DNA of 64,000 nt from Candidatus Thorarchaeota archaeon (GTDB lineage Archaea; Asgardarchaeota; Thorarchaeia; Thorarchaeales; Thorarchaeaceae): NCBI GenBank assembly GCA_030612365.1, contig JAUWOA010000002.1:425-64424 (forward strand), written 5' to 3'. This document shows, in pieces, positions 1 through 9,081 of this stretch (positions are counted from its first letter, which is position 1; the number at the start of each line of letters is the position of its first letter). The notes beneath the pieces were generated by a model. That model did no database searches, was not told the origin of the DNA, and was given only the letters and a program-made list of their open reading frames with translations. A program made the translations under genes and the position numbers.

Positions 1-587
1 TTCCACAGATGTGCATTGAACAGGGTATCAAGATGGTGGTCGTTGACTCACTGACTGGATTCTTTCGGGCAGAGCTCGGGGGATTGGGTTCACTCGCTGT
101 GCGACAACAGAGGATCAACAGGCTCCTAAACCTTATGCGCCGAGTGGCAATGGCCACTGATGTGATGTTCGTTTACAGCAATCAAGCTATCTCAAGGCCC
201 GGCATATTCTCCGTGCTGAACGCCCCGGTGGGAGGGCATATAGTGGCGCACGCGTCCGACTATCGCTTCATGTCGACAGAGGGAAAGAGCGGGAAGCGCA
301 AGCTGTACCTCAAGGATCATGCTGGGTTACCCAACTTCAATGCTGAATTTAGCATAGGGTGGGGTGGGTTCTATAATAGCGAGGATGAGAGAAAGAAGAT
401 CGAACCCGAAGTAGTAGAGTATCTCAAGAGCAAGGACATATGCGTTGAAATGCAGGAGAAGGGCAAGAAGAAGGAAACAGAGAAGGTCAAGAAGACCAAG
501 GAACCAAAGAAATCGAAGAAGGCAGAAGCCAAGGCTGAAACCAAGGTGAAGCTAGAGGCGGAGGTTGCGCCAATAGCAGAGGGCTGA
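1..587 (+). CDS. RadA/Rad51-family recombinase-like protein, C-terminal part (5' end outside window), with K/E-rich tail
   Basis: ORF 9..587 stays open to the window edge. MVVVDSLTGFFRAE (Walker B strand), RQQ-N-LL, SNQ..RP and GGHIVAHASDYRF follow the RadA/Rad51 core pattern downstream of Walker A, which must lie upstream of the window. The last ~65 aa are lysine/glutamate-rich low complexity. Confidence 0.8.
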   Translation, partial: PQMCIEQGIKMVVVDSLTGFFRAELGGLGSLAVRQQRINRLLNLMRRVAMATDVMFVYSNQAISRPGIFSVLNAPVGGHIVAHASDYRFMSTEGKSGKRKLYLKDHAGLPNFNAEFSIGWGGFYNSEDERKKIEPEVVEYLKSKDICVEMQEKGKKKETEKVKKTKEPKKSKKAEAKAETKVKLEAEVAPIAEG

Positions 588-591
588 GGCG

Positions 592-1032
592 ATGCGCGGC
601 ATGTTTAGAATATACAAATGCCCCTCCTGTGGGGCGATTGCCTACATTAGGGTGGAGAACGAGCAGGAAATCAGCATATGTGGCCTATGCAGAGGTCCAA
701 TCCTTGACGAGCCTGGAATACTCTACTCTGCAACAATCAACCAAGCTGAAGATATTGTCGCAGAGATGGTCCTCCATGATATGTTGGAAAACAAAGCATC
801 AACACCAACAAGCGGCCTCGGTGTGAGGCGCAGAGTGCTCAATATTGTCGAGTGCCTTGTGGAGCTGAACAAGGGACGGCCTGTGAATATTGATAGTGTG
901 CTTAACGAGTGTGTGGGCGCCAAGATCAAGACCGAGAGGGGCCTTCACTTCCTAGATGTGCTTGAGGAACAAGGCTTGGTCATGGTTGATGGTGGCTGTG
1001 TCAGTCTGAGAGAGGGAGGCACAGACCCTTGA
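592..1032 (+). CDS. small Zn-ribbon protein with probable winged-helix C-terminal half
   Basis: CPSC-x16-CGLC four-cysteine ribbon at the N-terminus. The C-terminal RVLNIVECLVELNKGRPVNIDSVL...GLHFLDVLEEQGLVMV looks like a wHTH. Starts 5 nt after the upstream stop. Confidence 0.5.
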   Translation: MRGMFRIYKCPSCGAIAYIRVENEQEISICGLCRGPILDEPGILYSATINQAEDIVAEMVLHDMLENKASTPTSGLGVRRRVLNIVECLVELNKGRPVNIDSVLNECVGAKIKTERGLHFLDVLEEQGLVMVDGGCVSLREGGTDP

Positions 1033-1640
1033 CGCACTTGTATGTCCCCCCCTCATCAAACGATGTGACACCCAGCTCCACGATCAATCTTGTCAATCTA
1101 CTGATGAGAAACACTAACAGACGCGTGACAGTACTCCGAGTAGGAGGAACGGTGGACCCTGACCCAGAGGTGTATGTTGTCACCCGGGTGGACTGGCGGG
1201 ATAAGGATCTAAACAGGCCAATTCTACCCCAATTGCCAAAGGTGCTTTCGATGCTGGAAACCCTTCGAGGCTCTAGGGGTGTGCCCAAGGAGATTCACCT
1301 TGACAGTACCGACGGTGTTGTGTGCTACATACCAACTGGCATCAGAATGTCCCAGCTACCAAGAAGCGCAAAGGCATCAGTTCAATTCATCATGTCCGTG
1401 GTCAACCAGACAGTCAGCCACTTCGATTCGACCCGGTCTGAGGTCGAAGACTGGTTCTGGAGGACAGCACGCAAGAGGGGCTTCAATCCTGAGATTGTCG
1501 AGAGGATCGCCCGAAGGGAGAAGCACTACGATTCGCCATCTCACGAGCATAGGTTCAGCAAGGTCATAGAGGATTACTTCTCTCTCAGATTCAAAGTCTA
1601 TCGCGCAGAGTCATGTTTGAAGCTGGAGGGAGCATACTGA
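1029..1640 (+). CDS. hypothetical protein
   Basis: 203-aa ORF overlapping the upstream stop by 4 nt. Its TGA overlaps the ATG of the XPD gene (TGATG). No motif recognised. Confidence 0.5.
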   Translation: MTHLYVPPSSNDVTPSSTINLVNLLMRNTNRRVTVLRVGGTVDPDPEVYVVTRVDWRDKDLNRPILPQLPKVLSMLETLRGSRGVPKEIHLDSTDGVVCYIPTGIRMSQLPRSAKASVQFIMSVVNQTVSHFDSTRSEVEDWFWRTARKRGFNPEIVERIARREKHYDSPSHEHRFSKVIEDYFSLRFKVYRAESCLKLEGAY

Positions 1641-3616
1641 TGGCTGTGATGCGATGGTTTCCGTACACTCCAAGGCTCCAGCAGGATCGGGCCGTGACGC
1701 ATGCTGCCCATGTATTTCAGGATAAGACAGTGGGCCTGCTATCGGCGGACTGTGGAGTTGGAAAGACAATTGCCGTGCTCTCAGGGTATCTTGCGGCACG
1801 GGCGAAAGATGCATCGTCGCGATTGATTGTACTTACGAGAACGCACTCTCAGTCAAAAGTCTTTGAGGATGAGCTTGGAGTCCTCAGGGAGGAGTCGGCT
1901 GCAATGTCAGCTGGGCTCCAATTGACGGCCACGAGCATGGTTTCGCGGGGGCATGTCTGCCCATTGACCGACGAAATGAACTCGGTGTCATCAATCGGGT
2001 TCCTACGTGCATGCGCACAGATGATAGGCGCAGGAAAGTGCAGCATGTACTGGAGCTTCTACAAACGGGGATCGGAGGGCCGACCTATAATCCGAGACGC
2101 TGCCCGGCAAACTGTTGACGCCCTGCTGAACGAGGGCGTGGTCACTCGGGATGAAGCGGAGGACGTGGGGCGCTCGGAAGGAGTATGCCCGTACGAGGTC
2201 TTGCGCTGGTGTGCGCGCAAAAGTAGAGTAGTGATTGGTCCTTACGGCTACCTGTTCAGGGAGAGAGTCCGGAATGCGCTCCTCGCATCACTTGGAATGA
2301 GCTTACATGAGGTCGACCTGATTGTCGATGAAGCACACAACCTAGCATCACATGTACTGGGCTCGGAAACCGCATGTGTCAGTCTGTCTGATCTTGAATG
2401 GCTGAGAAAGCATAACTCAGAGATAGAGCGTGAAACGCAGGTCGAGTGGCTCCCTGAGGCGGTTGACTTTCTCTGGGAAACCGTGATGACTAACCTTGAT
2501 GATATGCACTCCGAGAAAAATCTTGAGAAGTGGGATGTACTGCCAAGGTTTGTAGATGAGTCACAGATACAGAACCTACTGCTTGGGACAAAGATTGGCC
2601 TGGATGAGTCTGATGGCACAGTGCCCACGGAAACCCCGCTGGACCGATTGGTGGAATTCCTCTACACGGGGCACCGAGCAGTTCAGAGTGAGGACTGGCA
2701 TGTCACGTTAGAGGTTAGGAAGCCTTGGAGGCAAGAGTCGAACAGCCGTGATGCTGATCTGAAGATTAGACCACTGAATGCAGCTGGATTGTCGGCCCCC
2801 GTACTCAGGGGCGCAAGATCTGCGTTGCTCATGTCTGGTACTCTGAGGCCACTGCAGCACTATGCGGACCTGCTGGGAGTGTCAGGTGCCCTGATGGAGA
2901 GCCTGATGAGTCCTTACCCTCATGGGAGTCGTCTTGTGCTCCTTGACAAGGATATCACAACCAAGTACACAGCGCGGGGCGAACAGCTGTGGAGGACCAT
3001 AGCAGGAAGAATCTCAACAGCCTTGACAGCGATGCCCTCCGAGAAGAGCGCCCTGATTGCCTTTCCAAGCTACAGGATAATGGAGGATGTTCTGAGCTAC
3101 GGCATAGATTGTGGATTCAGAGCAAGGCTAGAGGAAGCCCCAGGAGAGCGCATTGAGGTTGTCAAGGACGCACTTGAGGAAGGGCCTCATACGGTGTTTT
3201 GTGTCTACGGAGGCAAATTCTCTGAGGGCGTTGACCTTGTGGAGGGCGGGTCGAGTATGATTGACCTGATTATCGGAGTTGGGATTCCATTCAGCCCTCC
3301 AACCAGCTACCAGAAAGCCCTCCAAGGATGGTACGAGAGAAGATTCGGGAAGGGTGCAGGCTACTACTACTCGTCAATCGTACCGTCTTTTCGGATGGTT
3401 GCACAGCTTGTAGGCAGACTTCGAAGGAGCCCTGAGGATCGGGGAGTGGTCGTGCTTCTCGACAAGAGGTTCCAGCAATACATCAGAGTCTTTGGAGATG
3501 ACATGGTTTCGGACCACTGGCCCTACTCAGGAGTAGACGAGATGAGGGGTGCCATTGACCTATTTGTGAGACAGAGGAACAGAAAGGCGGAGGCGAAGGG
3601 AGAGGTTGGCGTTTAA
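1640..3616 (+). CDS. xpd: XPD/Rad3 (DinG-like) superfamily-2 DNA helicase with 4-Cys Fe-S domain
   Basis: N-terminal FPYTPR..Q, Walker A DCGVGKT, DEAH box (VDEAHNL). Four spaced Cys (VCPL, RACAQ, GKCSMY, GVCPYE) lie between motifs I and II. Later motifs SGTLRP, GKFSEGVDL, RLRRSPEDRGVVVLLDKRF. The ATG at 1640 is preferred over the longest ORF start (1613) because it overlaps the upstream stop. Confidence 0.85.
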   Translation: MAVMRWFPYTPRLQQDRAVTHAAHVFQDKTVGLLSADCGVGKTIAVLSGYLAARAKDASSRLIVLTRTHSQSKVFEDELGVLREESAAMSAGLQLTATSMVSRGHVCPLTDEMNSVSSIGFLRACAQMIGAGKCSMYWSFYKRGSEGRPIIRDAARQTVDALLNEGVVTRDEAEDVGRSEGVCPYEVLRWCARKSRVVIGPYGYLFRERVRNALLASLGMSLHEVDLIVDEAHNLASHVLGSETACVSLSDLEWLRKHNSEIERETQVEWLPEAVDFLWETVMTNLDDMHSEKNLEKWDVLPRFVDESQIQNLLLGTKIGLDESDGTVPTETPLDRLVEFLYTGHRAVQSEDWHVTLEVRKPWRQESNSRDADLKIRPLNAAGLSAPVLRGARSALLMSGTLRPLQHYADLLGVSGALMESLMSPYPHGSRLVLLDKDITTKYTARGEQLWRTIAGRISTALTAMPSEKSALIAFPSYRIMEDVLSYGIDCGFRARLEEAPGERIEVVKDALEEGPHTVFCVYGGKFSEGVDLVEGGSSMIDLIIGVGIPFSPPTSYQKALQGWYERRFGKGAGYYYSSIVPSFRMVAQLVGRLRRSPEDRGVVVLLDKRFQQYIRVFGDDMVSDHWPYSGVDEMRGAIDLFVRQRNRKAEAKGEVGV

Positions 3617-4205
3617 TTCTGCTAGTAGTCAGCTGAGGTATGTCGTGCCTGGAGCTGTTGGCGCAGCTTGGTCACTCAGGATGGCCCTTGACCAGTCATA
3701 TCAGGTTGTTCTTGAGTCGACAATAGGGCTGTTCCTCCTGTTGGTCGCCTTTGTGATATACATGAAGGGATGTGAAAAGAACCTTCTACTCTGGAACAAC
3801 GATACTGCGGTTCTCGCCACTGTAAAACCTCTCACAGTGGAAGTGTGCGCAGCCCGACTCATGACCAGTGTCCCGCTTGGGATTGACCTAAGCTATTCCG
3901 CGGGTAGAGTCCTTGAAACCATGACAATCAGGTTCAATGAGGAAAAGAATGCAGAACTGCGGTTCTTTGTCTGTCGACCTTTGGGACGTGGGGTTACACG
4001 CGTAGGCATGATGGTGGTTCGTCAAGCACCAAACATGCGTAGGTTGGCGTCTGTTGTTAAGAAACTGTCAGAGAAGGTGCTGGAGGATGTAATGGTCTTG
4101 GAGAGTGCTCTGCGCGCAGCCTATGCCCATATGCCCATTGCACGAGCGGAGCTAGATGATATCGCTCTCATAAACTCTGGAGGTGTGGATTTCGTTGTCA
4201 ACTGA
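3606..4205 (+). CDS. hypothetical single-pass membrane protein
   Basis: 199-aa ORF overlapping the XPD stop. One hydrophobic helix (IGLFLLLVAFVIYM). No catalytic motif. Confidence 0.5.
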   Translation: MAFNSASSQLRYVVPGAVGAAWSLRMALDQSYQVVLESTIGLFLLLVAFVIYMKGCEKNLLLWNNDTAVLATVKPLTVEVCAARLMTSVPLGIDLSYSAGRVLETMTIRFNEEKNAELRFFVCRPLGRGVTRVGMMVVRQAPNMRRLASVVKKLSEKVLEDVMVLESALRAAYAHMPIARAELDDIALINSGGVDFVVN

Positions 4206-4482
4206 GGTGCAAGCCCAGATCACAATCCCCACATCGCTACGCCCTCAGGCTGTCATGGACTCTTTGTCAATTGGCCATGGTTACAGTTGGATTGTTCTTG
4301 TTCCTACGCCAATGAGGATAGCTCATGGAAGCACATCGTGCGGGGACATGCCCGAGCTACTGATTGTAGGCAAGACCCTCCTGACGAGCGGGGGAAATGA
4401 AGTTTACATTGGCCGCCTGAGGAGGATGCTTGAGGTGTTGTCGGGCACTGTTGTGAAAGTGCGGAGGGATAGCGATGTCTAA
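4183..4482 (+). CDS. hypothetical small protein
   Basis: Fills the gap between the flanking genes and overlaps both. Alternative ATG at 4255. No motif recognised. Confidence 0.35.
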   Translation: MWISLSTEVQAQITIPTSLRPQAVMDSLSIGHGYSWIVLVPTPMRIAHGSTSCGDMPELLIVGKTLLTSGGNEVYIGRLRRMLEVLSGTVVKVRRDSDV

Positions 4483-6826
4483 GGGCGGCCATATCATGGG
4501 TTCGAAGCCCGAGAGAGACCCTCTGGAGGAGATAAAACAAGCCCAGCTTTGGGTTACGCAGAGCACCGAGCTTAGATGGAGCGATAGAAGTGTTCGTCCT
4601 CCATGGACGAAAGTCTTTCTGGCAACGGCAATGATTATCGTAGGAACATTCTGGATGCCGTGGCTTACAATCACGATGACGGTACTAGCATCCGTCATTC
4701 TTCTGATTCTTCTCAACCTATTCTCGGTGAACAGAACCCTGAAGGAATGGACACGTGTTCCTGAACCCGATCTATCGCTTGAGGAGGATGAGAAGAAGAA
4801 GTACGTCTGCAGCAGGGGAATAGGAGGCGAGCGGCATATCGTGGGCATGAGCCTCAAGTCGGTTTCCTCCGACCTAGGGGGTGATCTTGGAAAACTCATT
4901 CGGGGGGTAGATACTGGGTATGGTCTGTGCCTTACGGTGGCTATGAGTCCTCAGAATCCCAAGACTGTCCTTGAGGGCGATATCCTGCCGGAAGCACTTC
5001 AGACTTACTTGGAGCACATGTCATCAAACGGGCTCAAAGGTTACATGCTTCGCAGAGGCGGCCTGTGGAAAGCAAGCACGTCGGTATATGGACATTCAAG
5101 AGACCGACTTGCACTTCCCAGATTCGAGGCTTCCATCAAGGGAGCAATTCCGGAACCCGGCTGGAAGAGGGACAAGGCTAAAGATATCTTGGAACGAATC
5201 ATGACTCTTCAACTCACTAGGAACAGCGCATTCCATGCCAGTGGGAGCGAGTTGACGGAGTGGCTCGTTCAGCTTAAGAGCGAACTTGGACCGGAGGTTG
5301 GCAGCAACGTACCCGGCGAGTTCATAGCACCTATACGTGACAGGCCGGGCGATTACCGCCTAGGCGTGACAATCAATCCTGAAACTCTCCAGACTGGACC
5401 AATGGCAGGCATGTGTCACAATGATCTAACCGGAGGAATGTTGCTCTGTGGAGGTGATTGGCCGGAACGACGCAGAGTAATGATGCTCTTGACCAAGCAG
5501 CTTCTGGATGCCGGCAAGCGAGTAATGATTGTGAGTTCCAGGTCCGAGGCGATGGAGTTCGCAGCTCTTACAGACTCGGGGATTGGGTTGACTCTGGGAA
5601 AGGACCTCGTTCTCAATCCAGTCGATGCTGAGGACATTCCGAGAAGCCTGTACGTGCCCCAACTGAAGATGGCACTTGAAACCATTGCAGACACAGACCT
5701 GAGTTCCGCCGCAGATTTTGAATTGGCATTAGGGAGGGCGGTTGCCTTGTCGAACGCAACGCTCGCAGATGTCACACTCCCAAGCGCGGACACAGACATG
5801 ATGGATGGCACAGAGGGTCCTACAACGGACAGGACCTCTCGGAAAACAGAAGCAGGGATGGAAGCAGTCAAGGTGCTTTACCAAGGGTCAGGTTCAAGAG
5901 CTTTCTACGGGCACCAGACTGTTAAGCTATCTAAGCTAGCAGAACAGCAGCTGAGCGTCACGGTCATATCATTGGGGTCAATCATTCTCGATACATTCGG
6001 GTGGGACCTCTTCAGCATGAAGCTAGCCGGCCTGCGCAGTGATTCCGATTTAGTTGTGATCATTGATGGTCCCTTCAATCTCAAGCTCTATGGACCATAC
6101 GATTCCAGGTACAAGAGACGCGTCCCTTGGACTGATCAACTCACACGCGACTTGACAAGAAGAGGACCTCTGATTGTGAGCATTGAGAGACCATCGGGTC
6201 TTGCCACGGAGGTTGTGGCTAGGTTATCATCGTGCATATCCCTACGGCTTCGCAACAATTGGGATATCGGTGTTGCTACAGACATTCTCGGGTTGACAGT
6301 CATTGGCCATGGTTTGCACAGTAAGGCCCGCCAATCCTCCAGAGAGTCATCATATCTTAGAGTGATGGAGAAGGGAATTGCGCTAATGGTACATGACGGT
6401 GCAGAAACCTGCCAGCCAATACAACTTGATGACGCCCCTGCCTTGCTACCACCATCGACCGATGAGTTGTCGAACAGGGCAGCAGGGGTTTCCAATGGTA
6501 TAACCAGCGACGATGGAAATACAGGCCATACGACTCTGATAGGTCATGTAGCTGGAAGCGAAACTGACTTGGCTGTGAGTGTGCTCAGATTGCTTCAGCG
6601 ATACGAACCCCTCACAGAGGAGGCACTTCACAGGTTTATCATCTCAAGCAGTGGACGGGAGGATATGGATGTCGAAGCAGTGCTTGTCAGGCTAGAACAT
6701 GCCAGTATGATCCTGCGGGGCCACGAGTCACATGGCGGAGTGTCCTACGCGAATTACAGACTAACCATGAAAGGCACGATGGCACTACACCAGATGGCGG
6801 GAGAAGAAGCCACAGCTACAGGATGA
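4475..6826 (+). CDS. membrane-anchored HerA/FtsK/VirD4-like P-loop-fold protein with degenerate Walker motifs and C-terminal wHTH
   Basis: Two N-terminal TM helices (FLATAMIIVGTFWMPW, TMTVLASVILLILLNLF). The core has HerA/DUF87-like order, but Walker A reads GGDWPERR (nt 5450..5473) and the Walker B position reads LVVIIDGPFN. ISLRLRN..D follows. The C-terminus (LRLLQRYEPLTEEAL...YRLTMKG) looks like a winged helix. Confidence 0.6.
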   Translation: MSKGGHIMGSKPERDPLEEIKQAQLWVTQSTELRWSDRSVRPPWTKVFLATAMIIVGTFWMPWLTITMTVLASVILLILLNLFSVNRTLKEWTRVPEPDLSLEEDEKKKYVCSRGIGGERHIVGMSLKSVSSDLGGDLGKLIRGVDTGYGLCLTVAMSPQNPKTVLEGDILPEALQTYLEHMSSNGLKGYMLRRGGLWKASTSVYGHSRDRLALPRFEASIKGAIPEPGWKRDKAKDILERIMTLQLTRNSAFHASGSELTEWLVQLKSELGPEVGSNVPGEFIAPIRDRPGDYRLGVTINPETLQTGPMAGMCHNDLTGGMLLCGGDWPERRRVMMLLTKQLLDAGKRVMIVSSRSEAMEFAALTDSGIGLTLGKDLVLNPVDAEDIPRSLYVPQLKMALETIADTDLSSAADFELALGRAVALSNATLADVTLPSADTDMMDGTEGPTTDRTSRKTEAGMEAVKVLYQGSGSRAFYGHQTVKLSKLAEQQLSVTVISLGSIILDTFGWDLFSMKLAGLRSDSDLVVIIDGPFNLKLYGPYDSRYKRRVPWTDQLTRDLTRRGPLIVSIERPSGLATEVVARLSSCISLRLRNNWDIGVATDILGLTVIGHGLHSKARQSSRESSYLRVMEKGIALMVHDGAETCQPIQLDDAPALLPPSTDELSNRAAGVSNGITSDDGNTGHTTLIGHVAGSETDLAVSVLRLLQRYEPLTEEALHRFIISSSGREDMDVEAVLVRLEHASMILRGHESHGGVSYANYRLTMKGTMALHQMAGEEATATG

Positions 6827-9081
6827 TGCGATATGACGAGTCTGAAGACCAAAATGCAACAGCAGGAGGAACAAGCTTGACATCCGCCATGGATACCACC
6901 ACATACGTGAAGGGCATTCTCGCAGGCGTGGGGCTCACTCCTAGGGGTATCCAGAGCAAGGCAATAGAGGCAGGACTGCTTGAGGGCAAGAGTATCATGG
7001 TATGTTCCCCTACAGGTTCGGGCAAGACGCTTGTTGGAGAGATGGCGCTCCTTAGAGGGGTCAGCGACATTTGCAAAGGCATCTACCTCGTTCCCCTGAG
7101 GGCGCTGGCCACGCAGGTTGTCAGTGTTCTCAAGGAGCGCTATGCTGACCAGGGAATCAGGATTGAGGTCTCCACAGGGGACTTTCAGACCGATGGCTCC
7201 GACCTAGCAGAGGCTCAGATACTTGTGACGACCTACGAGAGAGCAGACTCCCTCGTGAGGCACAAGGTTGACTGGCTCAACAAGGTTGGAGTGTTGGTCA
7301 TTGACGAGGTACAGAATATCGGGCACACGTCAAGAGGCGCGCGTTTAGAGAGCGTCATTATGAGGATGCGGAAACTGACTGAGGACCTCCAGATAGTTGC
7401 CCTATCTGCTACTGTCGGAGAGCCCTACATGCTAGCTGATTGGCTAGGGTGCCATCTAGTGGAATCTGATGTCCGTCCTGTGCCGTTGACGTGCAAGCTG
7501 GTTCCAACAACAGATCGTGAGAAGACTGTGCAGCAACTTGTGATGGCCACTGTGCAGGCTGACGGTCAGGTGATTGTATTCCACAGGACAAGACGCGAAA
7601 CTGAGGCTGAGGCTAACCGTCTGAAGGATAGTGTGGGGCGACAGCTGCGCACCAATGAACGGACGACCCTTGACAGGGAGATGGACTCCTTAGAGAACTG
7701 GAATGTCACAATACCCTCGGAAATGCGGCCATTTCTGCACGATGGTGTTGCATACCACCATGCTGGTCTTGGAGCCCGCACGAGAAGGCTTGTCGAAACC
7801 ATGTTCGATCGTGGACTGTTGAGGGTGGTCTGTGCAACTACAACACTGGCAGCTGGGATGGATCTACCTGCACGAACAGTGGTACTCACATCAGCAAGGT
7901 CCCCCCAACATCACAAACGGTTCCTTCCCGCCAATCAGGTCCATCAAATGCTGGGCAGGGCGGGCAGACCGGGAAAGGATGTTAGGGGTTTTGGAGTGAT
8001 TCTCACTGGTAGCCAAGGCGAGGTCAAGATGCTGACAAAGGAGTACTTTACGAATGAAGTCAGTCTTGATACTGGAAAGATAGTTCTGACGCCAAAGTAC
8101 GAGCCAGTGACTAGCGAGCTTGGGACATCGAACAGCCTTACAGAACAACTGCTAGTAGCACTCGATTTTCTAGGAGAGGCATCCCTTGAAGAGGTCGAGC
8201 AGGAGTACCTTGGAGAGTCATATTTGTTCTACTGTGGCAGATGGCTAACGAACACCCCCATGAGGATTGTGCAACTCGGTGAGGTGACTGCGCAGGCCGC
8301 AATCGAGCGCCACGCCAATCCGAATATGGTCCGTTCTGCAAGAGAAAATATACTGGGTACGGTCAAGATTAGAGAGCGTGGTGATACAGTCATCGGGGGG
8401 ATTGTTTCTGTGCTGAGGAGTGGACAACAGACATGCAGGTTCTCAGCAAGGATGACATCTGATGGTACGCTGGAGGGTCCGATGTGCTCATGCGGAAGCC
8501 CCATGAACAAGCATGGCTTTCTGTGCAACCATCTTGTTGCGCTTGGCATGGCAGCATCATCGGAGATGATTCAACTGGCCAATTATGTAATCCCTCTCGC
8601 GCTGAGTGAAACAAGTCCGAGTGGCCTTCTGATACGCCTTGGACTCTTGGAGGGTGGTGAGGGCGGCAAGTTGCGACCCACAACCCTCGGCAGGACTGTG
8701 AACAGACTCTACCTCAAGATTACTACCTTCAAAGAGATGATGGCTCTTATTCCGACAATTGGGAGTAACACAGTCCTAATGTCGGTGCTGAGGCATCTGG
8801 TATCACTTGAAACAGGGCAGAAACAGGGTGAAACCTTTGAGGCCCTCATCGGCTCTGTCGCATCAACCAATCTCTCGATGAGAGAAATGGCTCGTATGAC
8901 TAACCTTGCCGTAGGCGACATAAAAGCCCTACTTGACAAGTCACGCTTGCTTCTATACTCGATTGTAGCAGTGGCAGACAGGGGCAACATGGAGCGGGTG
9001 TCTGAGATGGTGCAAGACCTTCTCTCGATTATAGATTCAAGATTACATCACATGGAGAGCGAAAACAATGACAGTAACTGA
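6823..9081 (+). CDS. Ski2/Hel308-like superfamily-2 helicase with embedded SWIM-type zinc finger
   Basis: Motif I SPTGSGKT, motif II VIDEVQ (Q replaces the usual H, nt 7303..7314), SAT, HHAGL, TTTLAAGMDLPA, QMLGRAGRPG. C-x-C-x10-C-x-H (CSCGSPMNKHGFLCNH, nt 8485..8532) lies in the C-terminal third. ATGA overlap with the upstream gene. Confidence 0.85.
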   Translation: MMRYDESEDQNATAGGTSLTSAMDTTTYVKGILAGVGLTPRGIQSKAIEAGLLEGKSIMVCSPTGSGKTLVGEMALLRGVSDICKGIYLVPLRALATQVVSVLKERYADQGIRIEVSTGDFQTDGSDLAEAQILVTTYERADSLVRHKVDWLNKVGVLVIDEVQNIGHTSRGARLESVIMRMRKLTEDLQIVALSATVGEPYMLADWLGCHLVESDVRPVPLTCKLVPTTDREKTVQQLVMATVQADGQVIVFHRTRRETEAEANRLKDSVGRQLRTNERTTLDREMDSLENWNVTIPSEMRPFLHDGVAYHHAGLGARTRRLVETMFDRGLLRVVCATTTLAAGMDLPARTVVLTSARSPQHHKRFLPANQVHQMLGRAGRPGKDVRGFGVILTGSQGEVKMLTKEYFTNEVSLDTGKIVLTPKYEPVTSELGTSNSLTEQLLVALDFLGEASLEEVEQEYLGESYLFYCGRWLTNTPMRIVQLGEVTAQAAIERHANPNMVRSARENILGTVKIRERGDTVIGGIVSVLRSGQQTCRFSARMTSDGTLEGPMCSCGSPMNKHGFLCNHLVALGMAASSEMIQLANYVIPLALSETSPSGLLIRLGLLEGGEGGKLRPTTLGRTVNRLYLKITTFKEMMALIPTIGSNTVLMSVLRHLVSLETGQKQGETFEALIGSVASTNLSMREMARMTNLAVGDIKALLDKSRLLLYSIVAVADRGNMERVSEMVQDLLSIIDSRLHHMESENNDSN

